From: Acetobacteraceae bacterium
GTDB lineage: Bacteria; Pseudomonadota; Alphaproteobacteria; Acetobacterales; Acetobacteraceae
Assembly: GCA_027353465.1 (NCBI GenBank)
Contig: DAIEHR010000059.1
Location: 1-59,774, forward strand
DNA: 59,774 bases
Direction of reading: 5' to 3'
Of this stretch, positions 28,180 through 38,378 are shown piece by piece (positions within the stretch are counted from its first letter, which is position 1; every line of letters begins with the position of its first letter). A model generated the notes under the pieces. It was given only the letters and a program-made list of their open reading frames with translations. It was not told the origin of the DNA and searched no databases. A program made the translations under genes and the position numbers.

Positions 28180-29787
28180 ATGTCGATCTTCGAGCAGAAC
28201 CTCGGTCGCACACCAGCCAACTACGTGCCGTTATCCCCCGTATCGTTTCTGACCCGGGCCGCTCGGATTTACCCCGACCGCGTCGCGGTGAGCCATGGCG
28301 AGCGCCGGTTCACCTACGCCCAGTTCCTGGAGCGCGCACGCCGTCTGGCGTCCTCGCTGGCGCGCGCCGGGGTCGGGAAGGGCGACACAGTCGCGATCAT
28401 GGCTCCCAACACGCCGCAGATGCTGGAGGCGCATTACGCCGTGCCGATGCTGGGCGCGGTCCTGTGTTCGGTGAATATCCGTCTGGATACGGCGGCGATC
28501 GGGTTCATCCTGCATCACTCCGAAACCAAGGTGCTGCTGACGGACACTGAGTTCGCCGCGGTGATGAAGCCGGCGGTGGCGGATATTCCGATCCTGGTCG
28601 TGGATATCGACGATGTTGCCGGCGAACGGATTGGCGCGATCGAATACGAGGACTTTCTGGCGGGTGGCGATCCGTCGCATCCCGTGCTGCTGCCGGACGA
28701 CGAGTGGCAGGCGATCGCGCTGAACTACACGTCGGGCACCACGGGTAACCCGAAGGGCGTGGTGGCGCACCATCGCGGGGCGTATCTGAACGCCTGCGCC
28801 AACGCGCTGACGTTCGGGCTGGGGCCGCGCAGCGTGTATCTGTGGACGCTGCCGATGTTCCACTGCAATGGCTGGACCTATACCTGGGCGGTGACCCTGG
28901 CAGGCGGAACCCATGTCTGTCTGCGCCGGGTAGAGCCCGCGCTGATTTTCGCCGCGATCGCCGAGCATGGCGTTACCCACATGTGCGGCGCGCCCGTGGT
29001 GCTGTCGATGCTGATCCATGCCCCGGCCGGCGCCCGCCGGCCCTTCGCTCAGGAGGTGAAGATCGCGACCGGCGGCGCCGCCCCGCCATCGACCGTCATC
29101 TCTCAGATGGAGGCGCTGGGATTTGCGGTGACCCATTTATATGGGCTGACAGAGACCTATGGCCCGTCCACCGTATGCCTGTGGCAGCCCGGGCTGGACG
29201 ACCTGCCACTGGACGACAAGGCCGCGTTCATGGCTCGGCAAGGCGTGCAGACGCCGATGATCGAGGAAGTGTCGGTGATGAACCCCGCCACGATGATGCC
29301 GATGCCAGCCGACGGCGCGACGATGGGGGAGCTGATGCTGCGCGGCAATACGGTGATGAAAGGGTATTTGAAGAACCCCAATGCCACCGAGGAAGCCTTT
29401 GCCGGCGGCTGGTTCCATAGCGGCGACCTGGCGGTAATGCATCCAGATGGCTACGTGGAGATCAAGGACCGCGCCAAGGACGTGATCATTTCGGGCGGTG
29501 AGAATATCTCGTCGCTGGAAGTGGAAGAGGTTCTGTACAAACATCCATCCGTCATGGAGGCAGCGGTGGTTGCTCGACCGGACGAAAAATGGGGTGAAAC
29601 GCCCCAGGCTTTCGTGACGCTGAAGCCGGATGCGGAGCCGGTCACGGAGCGGGAAATCATCGCATGGTGCCGGACGCATCTGGCCCACTACAAATGTCCC
29701 CGCTACGTGACGTTCGGGCCGCTCCCGAAGACCTCCACAGGTAAAATCATGAAGTTCGATCTGCGGGAGCGGGCCAAAACAAGCTGA
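28180..29787 (+). CDS. Acyl-CoA synthetase (AMP-binding, medium/long-chain type)
   Basis: YTSGTTGNPKG, YGLTE, WFHSGD, DRAKDVIISGGEN and PKTSTGK. True start is MSIFEQ at 28180; the 5' extension in the ORF track is antisense to the hydratase. Confidence 0.92.
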   Translation: MSIFEQNLGRTPANYVPLSPVSFLTRAARIYPDRVAVSHGERRFTYAQFLERARRLASSLARAGVGKGDTVAIMAPNTPQMLEAHYAVPMLGAVLCSVNIRLDTAAIGFILHHSETKVLLTDTEFAAVMKPAVADIPILVVDIDDVAGERIGAIEYEDFLAGGDPSHPVLLPDDEWQAIALNYTSGTTGNPKGVVAHHRGAYLNACANALTFGLGPRSVYLWTLPMFHCNGWTYTWAVTLAGGTHVCLRRVEPALIFAAIAEHGVTHMCGAPVVLSMLIHAPAGARRPFAQEVKIATGGAAPPSTVISQMEALGFAVTHLYGLTETYGPSTVCLWQPGLDDLPLDDKAAFMARQGVQTPMIEEVSVMNPATMMPMPADGATMGELMLRGNTVMKGYLKNPNATEEAFAGGWFHSGDLAVMHPDGYVEIKDRAKDVIISGGENISSLEVEEVLYKHPSVMEAAVVARPDEKWGETPQAFVTLKPDAEPVTEREIIAWCRTHLAHYKCPRYVTFGPLPKTSTGKIMKFDLRERAKTS

Positions 29788-29793
29788 GGCGGT

Positions 29794-30222
29794 TTATTCG
29801 GCCACCACCTCCCCGCTGCCGCCGAATTCCTTCGGGAAATCCTTCAATTTCGGCAGTCCGTCCCGCATCGGCAAAACGGTTTCGGCGTAGTTCACGTGAA
29901 CCTCGGGTTTGAATTCCAGTCCGGGAATGGTTGCTGAGAATACATCGACCATTTTGAGTGGGGGATGGTCTGTCATCAGATGACCGCCGCACGCCGAACA
30001 ATACTTCCGATAACTCATATCGGTCTTGTGATAGGTCGCAACCTTGTCCGCGCCTTTGGTGATGCGAACCGACTCGGGTGACCAGAGGGAAAACGCATTC
30101 ACCGGGCCGCCTGACCAGGATCGGCATGAGCGACAATGGCAGTAGCCCATTGCGTTAGGCGCGCCGGTCACTTCGATCTCAACGGCGCCGCAGAAGCATG
30201 ATCCTGAATATGAAGCACTCAT
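29794..30222 (-). CDS. GFA (glutathione-dependent formaldehyde-activating/CENP-V) family protein
   Basis: GSCFCG, CHCRSC and CSACG zinc motifs. Confidence 0.88.
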   Translation of the reverse strand: MSASYSGSCFCGAVEIEVTGAPNAMGYCHCRSCRSWSGGPVNAFSLWSPESVRITKGADKVATYHKTDMSYRKYCSACGGHLMTDHPPLKMVDVFSATIPGLEFKPEVHVNYAETVLPMRDGLPKLKDFPKEFGGSGEVVAE

Positions 30223-30389
30223 TCGCTTTTTCCTCCCTCTCGCCGGAGGAGTGTCGCGAAACCCTTGGTCGTTGGCAAACGCAGCGGTCACCAAACGTGG
30301 CGGATCAAATCAAACTCACGCGGTTTTGCTGACATTCAAGAATTTACAGGCGACGGCATGCAGATCCGCCGCCTGTGGAACGCGATCGA

Positions 30390-31664
30390 TCAGGTATTCA
30401 TTGCGTCAAAGAAGTCGTTGTTCGTTTTGCTGTACTTCAACTTGTCCAGCAGGAACTCCATCGCATCCACCGTCCCCATCGGGTTCAGGATACGCCGCAG
30501 CACCCACATCTTCGATAGCACACTACGCTCCACCAGCAGTTCTTCCTTGCGGGTGCCGGACTTGGTGATGTCGATCGCCGGGAAGGACCGCTTATCGGAC
30601 AGCTTGCGATCCAGGATGATTTCAGAGTTACCCGTGCCCTTGAACTCTTCGAAGATCACCTCGTCCATACGGCTGCCGGTATCGATCAGCGCGGTGGCGA
30701 TGATGGTTAGCGACCCGCCTTCCTCGATATTGCGCGCCGCGCCGAAGAACCGCTTCGGCCGCTGCAATGCGTTAGCGTCCACACCGCCGGTCAGCACCTT
30801 GCCGGAGGACGGCACGACGGTGTTGTAGGCCCGCGCCAGGCGGGTGATGCTGTCCAGCAGAATGACCACGTCGCGCTTATGCTCGACCAGGCGCTTGGCC
30901 TTTTCCAGCACCATCTCGGTGACCTGGACATGCCGTGTCGCCGGTTCGTCGAAGGTGGAGCTGATGACTTCGCCGTTCACGCTGCGCGCCATGTCGGTGA
31001 CTTCTTCCGGCCGCTCATCGATCAGCAGCACGATCAGGAAGACTTCCGGGTGGTTGGCGGCGATGGCGGCGGCGATGTTTTGCAGCATCACCGTCTTGCC
31101 GGTGCGCGGGGGGGCCACGATCAGCGCGCGCTGCCCTTTGCCAACTGGGGAGATCAGATCGATCACCCGCGGCGTGAAATCCTTCACCGGGCCTTTGGCG
31201 ACGGACTGGAAATTCTCCATCTCCATCTTCAGGCGCTCTTCGGGATACAGCGGCGTCAGGTTGTCGAAGTTGACGCGATGGCGCACCGCATCGGGCGGTT
31301 CAAAGTTGACGGTATCGACCTTCAACAGGGCGAAATACCGCTCCCCGTCGCGCGGCGCGCGGATCTGGCCATCGACGGTGTCGCCAGTGCGCAGACCGAA
31401 TCGGCGCACCTGGCTGGGGCTGACATAGATGTCATCGGGGCCGGCGAGATAATTTGCCTCTGGGCTGCGCAGGAAACCGAAACCGTCCGGCAGGATTTCC
31501 AGCGTGCCTTCCCCATGGATGGCCTGGTCGTTGTCCGCCAGATTCTTCAGGATCGCGAACATGATGTCCTGCTTACGCAGCGACGACGCGTTCTCAACCT
31601 GTAGGGACTCGGCGAAGGTCACCAGTTCGGCTGGGGACTTCTTCTTCAGTTCAGCAAGATGCAT
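30390..31664 (-). CDS. rho: Transcription termination factor Rho
   Basis: [35 protein letters not shown] and FEEFKGTGN. Start MHLAELK. Confidence 0.98.
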   Translation of the reverse strand: MHLAELKKKSPAELVTFAESLQVENASSLRKQDIMFAILKNLADNDQAIHGEGTLEILPDGFGFLRSPEANYLAGPDDIYVSPSQVRRFGLRTGDTVDGQIRAPRDGERYFALLKVDTVNFEPPDAVRHRVNFDNLTPLYPEERLKMEMENFQSVAKGPVKDFTPRVIDLISPVGKGQRALIVAPPRTGKTVMLQNIAAAIAANHPEVFLIVLLIDERPEEVTDMARSVNGEVISSTFDEPATRHVQVTEMVLEKAKRLVEHKRDVVILLDSITRLARAYNTVVPSSGKVLTGGVDANALQRPKRFFGAARNIEEGGSLTIIATALIDTGSRMDEVIFEEFKGTGNSEIILDRKLSDKRSFPAIDITKSGTRKEELLVERSVLSKMWVLRRILNPMGTVDAMEFLLDKLKYSKTNNDFFDAMNT

Positions 31665-31815
31665 GGGATACCTGGACGTGAGGGTGCAATACACAGGGGG
31701 ACGGCCAGAACACATTGCGGGCGTAATCACCCGGAGGTTCGCGGCCAGTTGGAATTTTGAGACTCAGGGCGTGGGGTGCGAAGGCGCAGTCGCCCGATAT
31801 TCAGGAAGGAATTCC

Positions 31816-31844
31816 ATAATAGGAACCCATTGCGGTGTCGTCAA
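31816..31844 (-). promoter_or_regulatory. Sigma70 promoter of rho
   Basis: Minus strand TTGACG (31844-31839), 17-nt spacer, TATTAT (31821-31816). Predicts a leader of about 145 nt. Confidence 0.65.
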
Positions 31845-31980
31845 TGGGTTATGCGACTATGTCATCACGAATGGGTCAGGGACCGCCGGCGAGAGCTTGT
31901 GACGAATAAGCAAATCGCCGGAGCGACGCCACCAACCTCTCACCGTGCGCCCATCCAGGCGTCTAATTCGCCACGCAACC

Positions 31981-34680
31981 CTATCCCAGCCGCATCAGCG
32001 CGGCTTGCAACCGAGCGATTTCGGACTCGGCGGCGGCGAGGCGTTCGCGGTTCTCCGCCACCACCTCATCAGGCGCTCGGCTGACAAAATCGGCATTCGC
32101 CAGTTTCTGGGCGGTTTTCTTCGCATCCGCCGCCAGCTTGTCGCGCTCTTTCGCCAGACGCGCCCGCTCCACCGCGATGTCGATCAGCCCGGCCAGCGGC
32201 AGCACGATCGTCACGTCGTCCAGCCCGGCCTGGGCCGATTCGCGGGGGATATCTCCGGTCAGCGCGGACACTTCTGATGCCCGGGCCAGCCGCTTGATCG
32301 CGTCCAGCCAGCGATCGACCCGGCCCAACCCCTCGGCCGAGACACCTTGCAGCAGCACCGGCGAGGGCTTCGACGGCGGCACGTTCATCTCGGCCCGCAC
32401 CGACCGCACCAGGGTGATCAGCCGCACCACCCAGTCGAGTTCCTCACGCGCCTGTTCGGCCCCGGGCACTGCAACCGGTGACGGCCATGCGGTGCCGATC
32501 AGGCTGCACGGCTCGCCATAGCCGAAGCGGTCCCACAATTCTTCAGTCACGAACGGGATGACCGGATGCAGCAGGCGCAGGATCTGCCCAAGCACATAGG
32601 CGCCGACGGAGCGGATTTCGGCAGCGGCGGCCGGGTCCGCGCCCTCGGTGAACAGTGGCTTGGCGAATTCCAGGAACCAGTCGCAGAACGTGTTCCAGAC
32701 GAAGCGGTAACCGGCGGCGGCATACTCGTCGAAACGATAGGCCTCCAGCGCCGCGGTCGCCTCGCGGATCGCGTTGTTGGTTTCCGCCAGCAGCCAGCGG
32801 GACAGGGGCAGCGTCACGCTGGCGGGGTCGAAGCCGGCGTCGGGCCGCATGCCGTTCATTTCGCAGAAACGGGCGGCGTTCCACAGCTTGGTGACGAAGC
32901 CGCGGTAGTCCTGCACGCGGGCGGCACCCAGCTTCACGTCGCGGCCGGGGCCGGTCAGCGCGCAGATAGTGAAGCGCAGCGCGTCGGCGCCATAACTGTC
33001 GATCAGTTCCAGCGGGTCGATGACGTTGCCACGCGACTTCGACATCTTCTGGCCCTTCTCGTCGCGGACGAGGCCATGGATGTAGATCGTGCGGAACGGC
33101 ACATCGCCCATCATATGCAGGCCCATCATCATCATCCGGGCGACCCAGAAGAAGATGATGTCGAAGCCAGTCACCAGCACGTCGCCGGGATAGTAACGCG
33201 CCACTTCCGGGGTCTGTTCAGGCCAGCCCAAAGTCGAGAACGGCCACAGTGCCGAACTAAACCATGTATCCAGGACGTCCTCATCCTGTACCAGCACTTC
33301 GTCCCGGCCGTAATGAACGCGGGCCTGCGCGGCGGCGCCGGCTTCGTCCTTGGCGACGAATACGGTCCCGTCCGGCCCGTACCAGGCCGGAATCCGGTGT
33401 CCCCACCAAAGCTGGCGGGAGATGCACCAGGGCTGGATGTCCCGCATCCAGGCGAAGAACGTGTTTTCCCATTGCTTGGGGTAGAATACGGTCTTGCCGG
33501 TTTCCACCGCCTCGATCGCCGGTTTCGCCAGCACCCCGGCGTTGCAATACCACTGGGTGGTCAGCAACGGCTCAACCGGCACGCCGCCGCGATCGCCGTG
33601 CGGCACCTGGTTGGTGTGCGGCTCGATCTTGTCCAGCAGTTCCAGCCGTTCCAGTTCGGCCACGATGGCGGCGCGGGCGGCAAAACGGGCCTGGCCGGCC
33701 AGCGAGCGCACGAACTCCGGATCGGCGATGCCGGGGATGGTGGTCATCGCGTCCTCGATTTCCGCCAGCGTCACCATCGCCTGACGGTCCAGTACCGACG
33801 GCATCGGCAGGTTGTGCCGCCGCCCGACCTCGAAATCGTTGAAGTCGTGGGCGGGGGTGATCTTCACCGCGCCGGTGCCTTTTTCCGGGTCGGCATAGGT
33901 GTCGCCGACGATCGGGATCGACCGTCCGACCAGCGGCAGGATGGCCCTCTTACCGATCAGCGCGCCATACACCGGATGATCGGGATGCACCGCCACGGCG
34001 GTATCGCCCAGCATCGTCTCCGGCCGCGTGGTGGCGACAATGATGAACTGACCCGGTTCGCCCTCGATCGGATAGCGCAGGTGCCACAGCGAGCCCCTGA
34101 TCTCGCGGTTCTCGACCTCCAGATCGGAAATCGCGGTTTGCAGCTTGGGGTCCCAGTTGACCAGCCGGCGGTCGCGATAGATCAACCCTTCGCTGTGCAG
34201 TTTGACGAAGGTTTCCTTAACCGCGGCGGACAGGCCGTCGTCCATCGTGAAGCGTTCGCGCGGCCAGTCCAGCGAGGCACCCAGGCGGCGAAGCTGGCGG
34301 GTGATAGTGCCGCCGGATTCCGCCTTCCATTGCCAGACCCGCTCCAGGAACGCCTCGCGCCCCATATCCCGGCGGTCCTTGCCCTCGGCGGCCAGCAGGC
34401 GTTCGACCACCATCTGCGTGGCAATGCCCGCATGGTCAGTGCCAGGCTGCCACAGCGCGTCACGGCCCTGCATGCGGCGCCAACGCACCAGCGTATCCTG
34501 AATCGTGAAAGTCAGCGCATGACCCATGTGCAGGCTGCCGGTGACGTTCGGCGGCGGGATCATGATGGTGAATGGCGTCGCGTTCGAGGCCGGGTCGCAG
34601 GCGAAGCTGCCGGCGTTTTCCCAACCTTCATACAGCCGGGGCTCGATCTCGCCCGGGGTAAACCTGCTGTCCAGTGTCAT
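31981..34680 (-). CDS. valS: Valine--tRNA ligase
   Basis: PPPNVTGSLHMGH (HIGH), KMSKS, WCISRQLWWGH and a C-terminal coiled coil. Confidence 0.98.
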   Translation of the reverse strand: MTLDSRFTPGEIEPRLYEGWENAGSFACDPASNATPFTIMIPPPNVTGSLHMGHALTFTIQDTLVRWRRMQGRDALWQPGTDHAGIATQMVVERLLAAEGKDRRDMGREAFLERVWQWKAESGGTITRQLRRLGASLDWPRERFTMDDGLSAAVKETFVKLHSEGLIYRDRRLVNWDPKLQTAISDLEVENREIRGSLWHLRYPIEGEPGQFIIVATTRPETMLGDTAVAVHPDHPVYGALIGKRAILPLVGRSIPIVGDTYADPEKGTGAVKITPAHDFNDFEVGRRHNLPMPSVLDRQAMVTLAEIEDAMTTIPGIADPEFVRSLAGQARFAARAAIVAELERLELLDKIEPHTNQVPHGDRGGVPVEPLLTTQWYCNAGVLAKPAIEAVETGKTVFYPKQWENTFFAWMRDIQPWCISRQLWWGHRIPAWYGPDGTVFVAKDEAGAAAQARVHYGRDEVLVQDEDVLDTWFSSALWPFSTLGWPEQTPEVARYYPGDVLVTGFDIIFFWVARMMMMGLHMMGDVPFRTIYIHGLVRDEKGQKMSKSRGNVIDPLELIDSYGADALRFTICALTGPGRDVKLGAARVQDYRGFVTKLWNAARFCEMNGMRPDAGFDPASVTLPLSRWLLAETNNAIREATAALEAYRFDEYAAAGYRFVWNTFCDWFLEFAKPLFTEGADPAAAAEIRSVGAYVLGQILRLLHPVIPFVTEELWDRFGYGEPCSLIGTAWPSPVAVPGAEQAREELDWVVRLITLVRSVRAEMNVPPSKPSPVLLQGVSAEGLGRVDRWLDAIKRLARASEVSALTGDIPRESAQAGLDDVTIVLPLAGLIDIAVERARLAKERDKLAADAKKTAQKLANADFVSRAPDEVVAENRERLAAAESEIARLQAALMRLG

Positions 34681-34779
34681 CGCTCTCTCCCGCGCGGCCC
34701 ACGCCGGTGATGGCATGCGCCTGCCGGGGTCCGCGTTAACCATTGTCAGAACTCGCCGCCAGGGCGGGCGCCTCCCTTA

Positions 34780-35367
34780 TCAGGGAACGGCGCGGCCGAC
34801 GACCCTTTCGATTTCGGCGCGAACCAGTCGCTCGACCACCGGGGGCAGATTGGTATCTAGCCACTCTTTCAGCAGCGGCCGCAGTTCCGCCCGAACCATG
34901 TCCTCCAGCGTCGGGCCGCCGGCATAGACCTGTGTCGCCCGCCCGGCGGCCAAGGTGCGAACCAGGCTGCCAACCGATGAAGCGGCGGCGGCGGCGGCTT
35001 CCGGGGCGAGCAGATCGAGCGTCTGGGCCGGCGGTGCGATCGGATCGGGGGACGTGGAAGCCTCCATTAGCGGCTGGGGCGGTTCGGTATGGTTGTCCGG
35101 CTCCACGGGGTCCGAACCCGGTTCGGCGGGGACGATCATCATCGACCGATCAAGTATCAGCACATCATCCTCGCCCGGCGCGGCCGTGTCCCCGTCTGGC
35201 GCATCCTCCTCGTTTAGGATACGGCGGATGGAGGCGAGAATATCCTCCATCGACGGGTCCGCCCCGTCGGGGCCCGCCGCATCGGCCACCTGTTTCACCC
35301 CGTCAGGTGTCACCCCGTCAGGTGTCACCCGGGAATCAGGCGCCGCGGAGGGCGGCGTTTCCGTCAT
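34780..35367 (-). CDS. popZ: Polar organizing protein PopZ (DUF2497)
   Basis: H1 PSMEDILASIRRIL, acidic Pro-rich disordered region, C-terminal TLEDMVRAELRPLLKEWLDTNLPPVVERLVRAEIERV. Lies between tolC and valS as in other alphaproteobacteria. Confidence 0.9.
   Translation of the reverse strand: MTETPPSAAPDSRVTPDGVTPDGVKQVADAAGPDGADPSMEDILASIRRILNEEDAPDGDTAAPGEDDVLILDRSMMIVPAEPGSDPVEPDNHTEPPQPLMEASTSPDPIAPPAQTLDLLAPEAAAAAASSVGSLVRTLAAGRATQVYAGGPTLEDMVRAELRPLLKEWLDTNLPPVVERLVRAEIERVVGRAVP
35295..35330. repeat. 15-bp tandem repeat in the popZ 5' region (encodes VTPDG repeats)
   Basis: TCACCCCGTCAGGTG twice, plus a partial third copy TCACCC. Confidence 0.8.
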
Positions 35368-36890
35368 CGCGCGGGTTGGCCGGTCGCATAATCGGACAAT
35401 CCGATCCAGCGATCCTTGACCGCCTGATAATAGGCCGTCTCGTCATACAGCGGTACCGGCAGGTGAAGGTCGCGCGCCGTCAGGCGCCCGATCGCAACGG
35501 CCACGGCATAGGATGCGGTGATCACCTGGGCCAGATTCTGCACCAGCGTCGTCCGGGAGGTCAGCAGCAACTGGGTTGCATTCAAAACATCCAACGTCGT
35601 CCGGCTGCCGACAATCGCTTCCCGCTCCACGCCTTCCAACGCGATCTCGTTGGCGCGGATCTGTGCCCGCGTGCTGTCGGCGGCGGACTTGGCCGCTGTC
35701 AGCGTATCCCAGGCCTGCACCGCGTTTTGCACGGCGGTGCGCTTGGAATCATCGATCAGCCGTTGCGTTTGCTGGCGGGCCTGCTTGGCCTGACGAACGG
35801 CCGAATATTCCGAACCGCCCTGGTACACCGGCACCGACAACTGGGCGATAACCTGATAGCCGTTGTTTGCGGAACTGCGTCCACCGGGGTTCTGCTGCTG
35901 GAAGGTTTGTCCCTGGACGCTGACCTGGGGCATCAAGGCCGCAAAGGCGACATCCACCGCATCCTTCGCCGCTGCGTCATTGAACAGAGCCGCGACGACG
36001 TTCGGGTTGTTCTGGGCGGCGAGGATCGAGGCTTCCTGTTCGCTGTGCACAGGCAGGTCCAGCGGCTGCGGGGGCACTAGGTCGTCCGGTGGGAAGACGC
36101 CGATATATTGCTGGAACGTGCCGCGTGCCGTGGCGACGTTTCCGACCGCGGTTTCACGCGTCGCCCGGGCGCCCTCAAGCGCGGCCTCGGCCTGGGCAAC
36201 GTCGGTGCGGGTGATTTCGCCCACGCGAAAACGGTCGTTGGTTGCCTGCAACTGCTTGGCGAGCACTTGCTCATTATTGACCTGGAGTTCAAGCAACTGC
36301 CGCGCCTGAATCACGCCGACATAGGCGCTGACGGCGTTGTTGAAGCTAGTCTGCTCCTGCGCGATCAAGGTCGCGCGTTCGGCCATGACCTGGCTTTTGG
36401 CGCGGTTGACGCTGCCCTGGATCTTGCCGCCCGTATAGACGTTCTGGGTGACCGTTGCCGTCGCGGACGCGATATCACGTTCTCCGGGCGTATTAAAATA
36501 TTGGCGGGTTGGGCCGAAATAGGACAATGCCCGCGACAATCCATCGCCGTAGCCAGCCGTGCCGCCCAAAACAACGCTCGGTCGCCACCCCGCCAGGGCC
36601 GTGGGCACATTTTCGTCCGTTGCCCGCAACTTGGCCCGTTCGGCCAGCAGCGCTGGCTGATTGGAATAGGTCGCCGCCAAAGCCTCTATCAACGTATGCG
36701 GCGCAAGCGAATTAGGGGCGCTTGTGGTTGCAGGGGTTGCCGCCGGCTTGGCCTTCACGGCGGCAGGCGACCGCGCTTTTTCGACCTTGACCGGCTTGCC
36801 GGCCCCGGGCTGCGGCAGCGTTTGGGCGCCAGCGGTCGCGGCCATAGCTACCACACTGAAACTGGCAAGCAAAACAGAACGCAAACCCAT
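35364..36890 (-). CDS. tolC: TolC family outer membrane protein
   Basis: Signal peptide, RFRVGEITRTDVAQAEA and VGSRTTLDVLNA repeats. Confidence 0.92.
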   Translation of the reverse strand: MGLRSVLLASFSVVAMAATAGAQTLPQPGAGKPVKVEKARSPAAVKAKPAATPATTSAPNSLAPHTLIEALAATYSNQPALLAERAKLRATDENVPTALAGWRPSVVLGGTAGYGDGLSRALSYFGPTRQYFNTPGERDIASATATVTQNVYTGGKIQGSVNRAKSQVMAERATLIAQEQTSFNNAVSAYVGVIQARQLLELQVNNEQVLAKQLQATNDRFRVGEITRTDVAQAEAALEGARATRETAVGNVATARGTFQQYIGVFPPDDLVPPQPLDLPVHSEQEASILAAQNNPNVVAALFNDAAAKDAVDVAFAALMPQVSVQGQTFQQQNPGGRSSANNGYQVIAQLSVPVYQGGSEYSAVRQAKQARQQTQRLIDDSKRTAVQNAVQAWDTLTAAKSAADSTRAQIRANEIALEGVEREAIVGSRTTLDVLNATQLLLTSRTTLVQNLAQVITASYAVAVAIGRLTARDLHLPVPLYDETAYYQAVKDRWIGLSDYATGQPAR

Positions 36891-37054
36891 TAGAAACCCT
36901 TTTCACAAGACCACCCGCCTTATTAGCAGGCTTATCTCAGCATCATCCCGCTATTCGATTGGATGGCGGATCACACGGCGGTCGTGGCGCTAGATTCGCC
37001 ACAATAGACCCGCAATGTCCAGCGTGACGTTCATCGCCGGTAAACCAAACCAGT

Positions 37055-37723
37055 TCAGAAAACGAAAGCCGGCGCCTTCCGCAGTGATGGAATCACCGGT
37101 GTCGCGCAATCGAACAACGGAGAAATGCCCAGACCAACCGATGTCGCCTCGGCGATCACGGCCCTGGTGGTGCGTCCGGCGGTGGCGATCACGGCCATGA
37201 TCCGGCCGGTCTCTTGATGTGTCTGGGCGGCCAGAGTGGCGGGAATTTCCGGCACCGCGCCCTCGATCAGGACAAGATCATACGGGGCCTGCGACGGCCA
37301 TCCCGCGGACAAAGGCCCCGAAACCAGCGTGACATTAGGCGCCTGGACCGCCAGCGTCGCGGCCGCCATGGTCAGCAGCGCCGGATCTTCCTCCAGGGCG
37401 GTCACCCGGCATCCGCATGCGGCCAGCACCGCCGCGCCATAGCCGGTGCCCGCTCCGACAACCAGCACGCGCTCATTGTCTCGCAGCGCGGCAGCTTGCA
37501 GCAGCTTGGCGAACACCATCGGTTCCATCAGGAAACGTCCGTTCCCCAGCGGCACATCTTCGTCAGCGTAGGCCAGCGCCTGCACACCGGGCGGCAGGAA
37601 TAATTCACGAGGCAAGGACCGCATCGCGGTCAGAACACGCGAATCCGTCACTCGGTTCGGGCGAATCTGGCTATCAACCATGCATTTTCGGGCATCGTCG
37701 AAAGTCTCGGCTTGGATTGCCAT
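37055..37723 (-). CDS. pcm: Protein-L-isoaspartate O-methyltransferase
   Basis: ARKCMVDSQIRPN, PRELF, VGAGTGY and APYDLVLIEG. Upstream of tolC. Confidence 0.88.
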   Translation of the reverse strand: MAIQAETFDDARKCMVDSQIRPNRVTDSRVLTAMRSLPRELFLPPGVQALAYADEDVPLGNGRFLMEPMVFAKLLQAAALRDNERVLVVGAGTGYGAAVLAACGCRVTALEEDPALLTMAAATLAVQAPNVTLVSGPLSAGWPSQAPYDLVLIEGAVPEIPATLAAQTHQETGRIMAVIATAGRTTRAVIAEATSVGLGISPLFDCATPVIPSLRKAPAFVF

Positions 37724-37805
37724 TGCGTCACTCTGCTTGTTGGGCGGGCTCCTTATAGACACCGGAATCCGCGCCGCAAAGGCATCGTTCGCCAGGGCTT
37801 GGCGT

Positions 37806-38378
37806 TTAAGCCGCGTCCTCCCGCCGGTCGCGGATTTTCACATACGCCAGCTTGGCATGTTCGTCGCAATAGGGCTTTCCGGCAACCGACAGGTCGTCGC
37901 AGAAACGGAAGCTTTTGGTCCCCGGTTCGCCGATCGGCCAGCAACAGGACGGGGCGGAACGACGGGCCTGCATCGGGGCTTGGGACATCGGGGCCTGGGG
38001 CATCGGGACGTGCGGCACCGCCGGACGAGGCGCGGGAACGACGACGGAGGCTGGCGCGGCAGGCTTCGGAGTCTCCGTCGGTATCACACGCAGCGGCTGC
38101 ACATTGGTGACCGCTGGTTCCGCGACCGCGGCGGCCACGTCGGCGCTTGCCAGAGGGGGAAGCGTGGGTCCCGCCGTCCGGGGGATCGCAGGCGGCCGTT
38201 CAGCCGCCGGTTTGCTATCGCGTCGTATAGGAGATGGACGGGCATCCAGCTCCAGCCGATGCGCCTTGCCAACTATTGCGTTTTTGGAAACGCTCAGGCG
38301 ACGGCCGATTTCCGCCGTGGACAAACCTTGAGCCCAAAGGTCCCTCAACACGCGGATCGTTTCATCGTCCCATACCAT
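37806..38378 (-). CDS. gcrA: GcrA cell cycle regulator
   Basis: WDDETIRVLRDLWAQGLSTAEIGRRLSVSKNAIVGKAHRL and CCWPIGEP...FC...PYCDEHAKLAY. Start ATG 38378 after a GAGGGG SD. Confidence 0.93.
   Translation of the reverse strand: MVWDDETIRVLRDLWAQGLSTAEIGRRLSVSKNAIVGKAHRLELDARPSPIRRDSKPAAERPPAIPRTAGPTLPPLASADVAAAVAEPAVTNVQPLRVIPTETPKPAAPASVVVPAPRPAVPHVPMPQAPMSQAPMQARRSAPSCCWPIGEPGTKSFRFCDDLSVAGKPYCDEHAKLAYVKIRDRREDAA

Noticed and set aside
30326-30339. Second FixK-like match TTGC-N6-TCAA upstream of the GFA gene
   Set aside because: No -10 element at class II spacing, and the degenerate consensus matches easily by chance.
32566-34710. Long antisense ORFs (714 aa opposite valS; also 42766-44574, 53371-55062, 47402-48697, 5742-7076, 4256-5374 and others)
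   Set aside because: They are shadow frames of well-supported genes in high-GC DNA and show no recognisable motifs.
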